From Octopus sinensis (Eukaryota): 36,901 nucleotides of DNA. Positions 32,900 to 36,901 of the stretch are shown here, one piece after another. How positions within the stretch are numbered: the stretch's first letter is position 1; each line of letters begins with the position of its first letter. Both the position numbers and the translations under genes were made by a program. The notes under the pieces were generated by a model. It was not told the DNA's origin. It made no database searches and saw nothing but the letters and a program-made list of their open reading frames with translations. Location of the stretch: positions 1 through 36,901 of the forward strand of contig NW_021836851.1 in NCBI RefSeq assembly GCF_006345805.1. The letters run 5' to 3'.

Positions 32900-33380
32900 T
32901 AGACTTTTAACACATGAAACTTTTTTACGAACACCAGCTCTCCTGAGAAAAATTTTGGAGAGATGCCTCGATTATTATTTCGCCTTTATACCCAGCTTTA
33001 ATAATCGATTTGCACGTCAGAACCGCGATAGATTTCTACCGTTGTTTCAACTTCCTTCATCTTAACCAGATATTGTTCGGCATCTTTTGGTTCTTAAAGC
33101 ATTAGCGAACACTCCCTGGTAAACTGTAATTACAGTTAGAAGCGTATGTTGCAGGTTTAATACCTTCACCTCAAGTTACTTTTATTTCGCAGCATGAAAT
33201 AACTTCATTAGACTTTTTAATATAGTAATCTTCTTGGTCCGTGTTTTAAGACAGGTAGGATCGATCACTCATGCATGTCAATTATTTAAAGGCTAATCCT
33301 CCGTACTCAACAACAAGCGGCTAGAGTTATTACCCTAACAATAAACAGGGTACACAGCCATGAAAAAACTAGCAACTATA
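32900..33380 (-). mobile_element. Possible degenerate non-LTR RT remnant
   Basis: GEGIKPATYAS and IAVLTCK...EASLQN loosely follow the GVRQG-YADD-LQ spacing. Many stops. Confidence 0.3.
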
Positions 33381-33499
33381 CTATTTTCAGTTCAATTTTA
33401 ACACTTTTTTCATTAATTTTGACACTGCAGTAAGCAATATTGACATTTTTTACATCAATTTTGATAATACAATATTTAATTTTTACATTTTGAGATCAA

Positions 33500-34260
33500 T
33501 TTTGACAAACATTTGTATAAAGAGCACACATATAGTTAGAACACTCATTACAGCTGCTTTGTTTTTTTTAGTATAATTTTTTTTTTGCAAAATAACAAGA
33601 AAAATAGAGAAGTTAACTAATTTAGATGCTTTGTTAATTATAAAAGTGCTCAAAAGGGCAAATTTTTATTAACTTATTAAATTTCGCAAATAACAAGCTA
33701 TTTACAGATGAAAAATTTATTACAGAATGCATGGTTGATGCAGACAGTATGTCCTGACTTTTAGTCAAATTTGAAGCTATTTCCATTTTACGAAGAACAA
33801 TTGTGGATTACTGCAAGAAAAAAATTATTTGACAGTATCGTTGACTGCCTAACCACATCTGGGTTTGTACTGGATCGCCAGGAAAGTATTAAAATCGATG
33901 ACACTTCTTAACTTATTAATTATCATAACGGCCTTTCTAAATGATTAAATGATGAAATCACAGATTTTCTACTATTTTTTCGTTGTATTAATCAAGAAAG
34001 CCTTTCAAAAAGTTGTATTTCTTTAGTTTAAAAGACATTTCTCACCACCTTAAAAGTAAATTGAAAATAAAGAATGCGTTCCTGATTTTTCATTGTATTG
34101 TTTGCATCAACATATATGAGCAAACTTTATTCCTCAAGAAAGTTAACCAGAATATGAAAAGATAACTTTACAGACTTAAATCTTTCGCCAATCAACAAAC
34201 CTATTTTAACACCTGATTTTGACAGACAGTCTCACCATTCTCATTCATATTTTTTATAAA
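33500..34260 (+). mobile_element. Internally deleted hAT (GTF2IRD2/Buster-like) remnant
   Basis: N-part KLFTDEKFITECMVDA..VCPD...FEAISILRRTIV joined to the dimerisation-domain end LFASTY...FTDLNL...TPDFD...SHS. Confidence 0.7.
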
Positions 34261-34600
34261 TAGGCACTTTTAAGTATCATTGATTTACATGTATATAAAT
34301 TGTATTTAAATTACCGTTTTTACAGGATTTAGGGATTGACATCAAATTTTGTGTTCATTAAAAAAAGTTTTAGATGTACTTACTTTGCTCTCAATTCTAC
34401 AGATTCTAATAAAAATAAAAGGTTCCTCAAATCAACGGATTTTTCCGCTGAATGTTTGACTTTTGTTATAATAAAAATGTCTTTTATACTCGTGGTTTTA
34501 TCTGCTGCCTGATTAAAAGGACAAGTTTCTTGTAACTATCTTAACTAAAAAGAAAATATTCAAAAATTAAATAAAGACAATAAATAGTCCAGATATTTAA

Positions 34601-35399
34601 TCAAAAATCAGTTAAATTTAACTATAAGATTTAAAATTTTACAAACGAAAAACATATTCCAAGAAACTATAAATATTAATAATAAAATATAAACCGTGAC
34701 TAAACAAACACTCCCACTGACTGCCGTTAATGGAATTTTGTTTTCTTCGATTAATGATATTATTTTATGCACGCATCCCTAAAATACATTAAAAAGTAGA
34801 AAACAGTTTCATAAATGTTAATTTTAAAAAGATTTTCAGAAATATAACAACTTGATGTAATATTTCCATTATAATCGTCAGGGGAATAAGCACCGCAGCA
34901 TTGGAAGGTTTTTTGCCAAAAGTCGACTTCTGGACTGGTTTCTTCATAATTTTTAATGACCCATAAAAACCCACTTTTAAATTTTTCAACACACTAAAAA
35001 TAACTATTAACACATACGCTAGATGTGTGAAAATAAAATAAGGACAGGATAGTTAAGACGAATCCACAAACGAAAAAAAGAATGATAACATACTATAGTA
35101 ATTTATTAGAAAAATTAGTCTACAATTATTCTGCAAAAAAGACGCTTTTTTGTTTTCAGTGATAAAATTCCACATATTAATCCAATAAAAATCATTACAG
35201 CAATAATTATATAAAAAATCCCTGAATATTGAATAGTTTTTATCGACGGATTTCCCAGATTGAGATAGTTCCGGAGAACCATGGCTCCAGCATAGACAAA
35301 AATTTCTGTAATTAACTATAAAAATAAAAATTAATCATATTTTTATACAAAAAGAAGTATTACGTTCAACCAAGTAAAAAGGGGACGTATAACATTCAT
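34601..35399 (-). CDS. Tetraspanin (divergent), multi-intron; 3' end approximate
   Basis: Four hydrophobic segments. The large extracellular loop carries the hallmark CCG (FWQKTFQCCGAYSPDDY...SSC-GCVHKI). Confidence 0.75.
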
Positions 35400-36299
35400 T
35401 TGAATTGTGTTTTAATCAATTTCCGTTGATTCATAATTAATAAATAACGATTTGTATAATTGCTAAAAATGGAGATTTTATCTTGTCGTTGAAAGCTATT
35501 TTTAGAAACAAATGTGTTAAATTTTTGATTAAACTAACACAATTTAAGCCATTTTTCCAACTCTCATGACAGTTTCTGAACACGCGTTAATTTACTCGTT
35601 AACAATAAACAATCCAAACCGGCTGATTTACTCAATGGTACGATTAAGATCTTCAACTTCTTATTGAGATACAAATCTGCGTCTAAAGCACGAATAACAT
35701 TACCGAAGTATAAAAACTTAATCTTGGAGTTATGCAGCTCCGAAATTGTCAGAGCTTACATGAAGGAAATATGTACTTTAAATACATTCAGCAAAGGCAG
35801 GCATAAACATGCCTTATTATCTTGGAGAAAATACTAAATACTCAGTTCTTGGCCGTAAGCGATTGTGCAAAGAACTTTTTGATGCGACTTAGCCTTGTTC
35901 TTCAGTAAGAATGCTAAATTTTTCTCTCCATATTAATACTCCAATTGGAATTTTCATAATTTTTCATACTCAGTATTTGATAGAACATAGCATAGACTTT
36001 TGTTGGTCCATTGAGTTACGTGTATAGTCATTGATATACCTATCTAACACACGATTAAAACACTTTATTAAGGAAAGGTCGCAGTATAGCCAACGATTTC
36101 AATCACTCCCTGAAGTTAAATGTTTTTTACATTTAGAAAGAGTTGACTATCATCCTCGAAATTAAACGTATAATTCATTTAATTATCCGAATAACAAGAT
36201 TTGAAGGATTCCCATTCGTAGTCGTTGAATTATCGCTATTGTTTTTTTGCTAATTAAATATTAATAAAATGTACAACCAACATTATTTAATATCAAAGA

Positions 36300-36600
36300 C
36301 GAGGAAACGAAGTCTTGATGGTCCTAGTGCGCCTGAGGTTTCGACAGACACTAATTCGAAGATGAATATGTCTGGAAGAGCTTATTTACTAGCTTATATA
36401 TCAAACATTAGGAATCGCCAGCAAGGCCGCGACTCAATTCCTTACTGACATTGGTAGAAAAATTTCCTCGAAAATAAACTGCCAGAGGGAGACAAGCTAG
36501 CTCTTTCAGCGAATCTCGGTCGCCGTACCCAGCTGAAACTGCCATTCAATACACAGTGCGATGTCGTTGAGCTGACCCTTTGGTTCTTGACGACTCTTTC
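36300..36600 (+). mobile_element. CRE-clade non-LTR retrotransposon 3' (RLE) remnant
   Basis: LGIASKAATQFLTDIGRKISSK...RETS.LFQRISVAV matches the CRE C-terminal motif (FLxxLGxRI...RExxFLFQRLSxAVQRGN). Confidence 0.65.
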
Positions 36601-36732
36601 AGCCACCTACCCTAGTTAGTATCTATCTTTTTTCTTTAAATAAATTATCAACATGAAAAAAAAATATCAAAATCAAGATTCGAAATCGTGTTTTGCCTTC
36701 TGATGTTGAAAACCTTTTTAAAAAACAAAAAA

Positions 36733-36813
36733 TACCAGCAGTGGGATTCGAACCCACGCACATTACTGTAATACCACCTTAAGCTACCGCCTTAACCGCT
36801 CGGCCATGCTGGC
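36733..36813 (-). tRNA. tRNA-Leu (AAG), 81 nt, long variable arm
   Basis: GCCAGCA-TG-GCCGAGCGGTTAAGGC-G-GTAGC-TTAAGGT-GGTAT-(variable arm)-GTGGG-TTCGAAT-CCCAC-TGCTGGT-A, followed by T-runs (Pol III terminator). Confidence 0.92.
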
Positions 36814-36901
36814 GTCTATCGTGTATCGTCTATCTAGAAATTCTATTATGATCAGCCACTCTCCTATGTACTTAATTAAGGTTAGGGGTATACTTTTTCT
36901 A

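Noticed and set aside
35500-36290. Stop-riddled, TE-like coding remnant on the minus strand
   Set aside because: Only a vague P-element-like resemblance (LLLTSKLT), so it cannot be assigned.

Overview
AT-rich eukaryotic DNA with very dense, tiny (about 21-38 nt) GT-AG introns, read with the standard code. The gene set is animal-like (RB1CC1, GlyRS with a WHEP-like N-terminus, tetraspanin), which best fits a reduced metazoan parasite such as a myxozoan. That taxonomic call is inference. Bases 1-7.6 kb are a compact gene block: RPL32(-), RB1CC1/Atg11(+), RPS11(-) and GARS1(+). Bases 7.6-27.7 kb are mostly transposon debris (Tc1/IS630, pogo/Tigger, hAT, RTE, CRE) with a few damaged genes (IMPase, proteasome-beta-like). 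The right end holds EXOSC10/Rrp6(-), more TE remnants, a tetraspanin(-) and tRNA-Leu(AAG). The most striking feature is a 2.7-kb tandem duplication (about 8.9-15.7 kb). It carries a ~50% GC, micro-intron-containing, truncated Sec6/EXOC3 gene that is compositionally alien to its surroundings. In copy 2, a full-length DD34E Tc1 with its own predicted micro-introns has inserted into a ~20-nt intron. All protein assignments come from manual splicing, translation and recalled motifs, not database searches. Frequent 1-nt homopolymer indels suggest an imperfectly polished assembly, so some frameshift and pseudogene calls may be artefacts. Boundaries of TE remnants are approximate.
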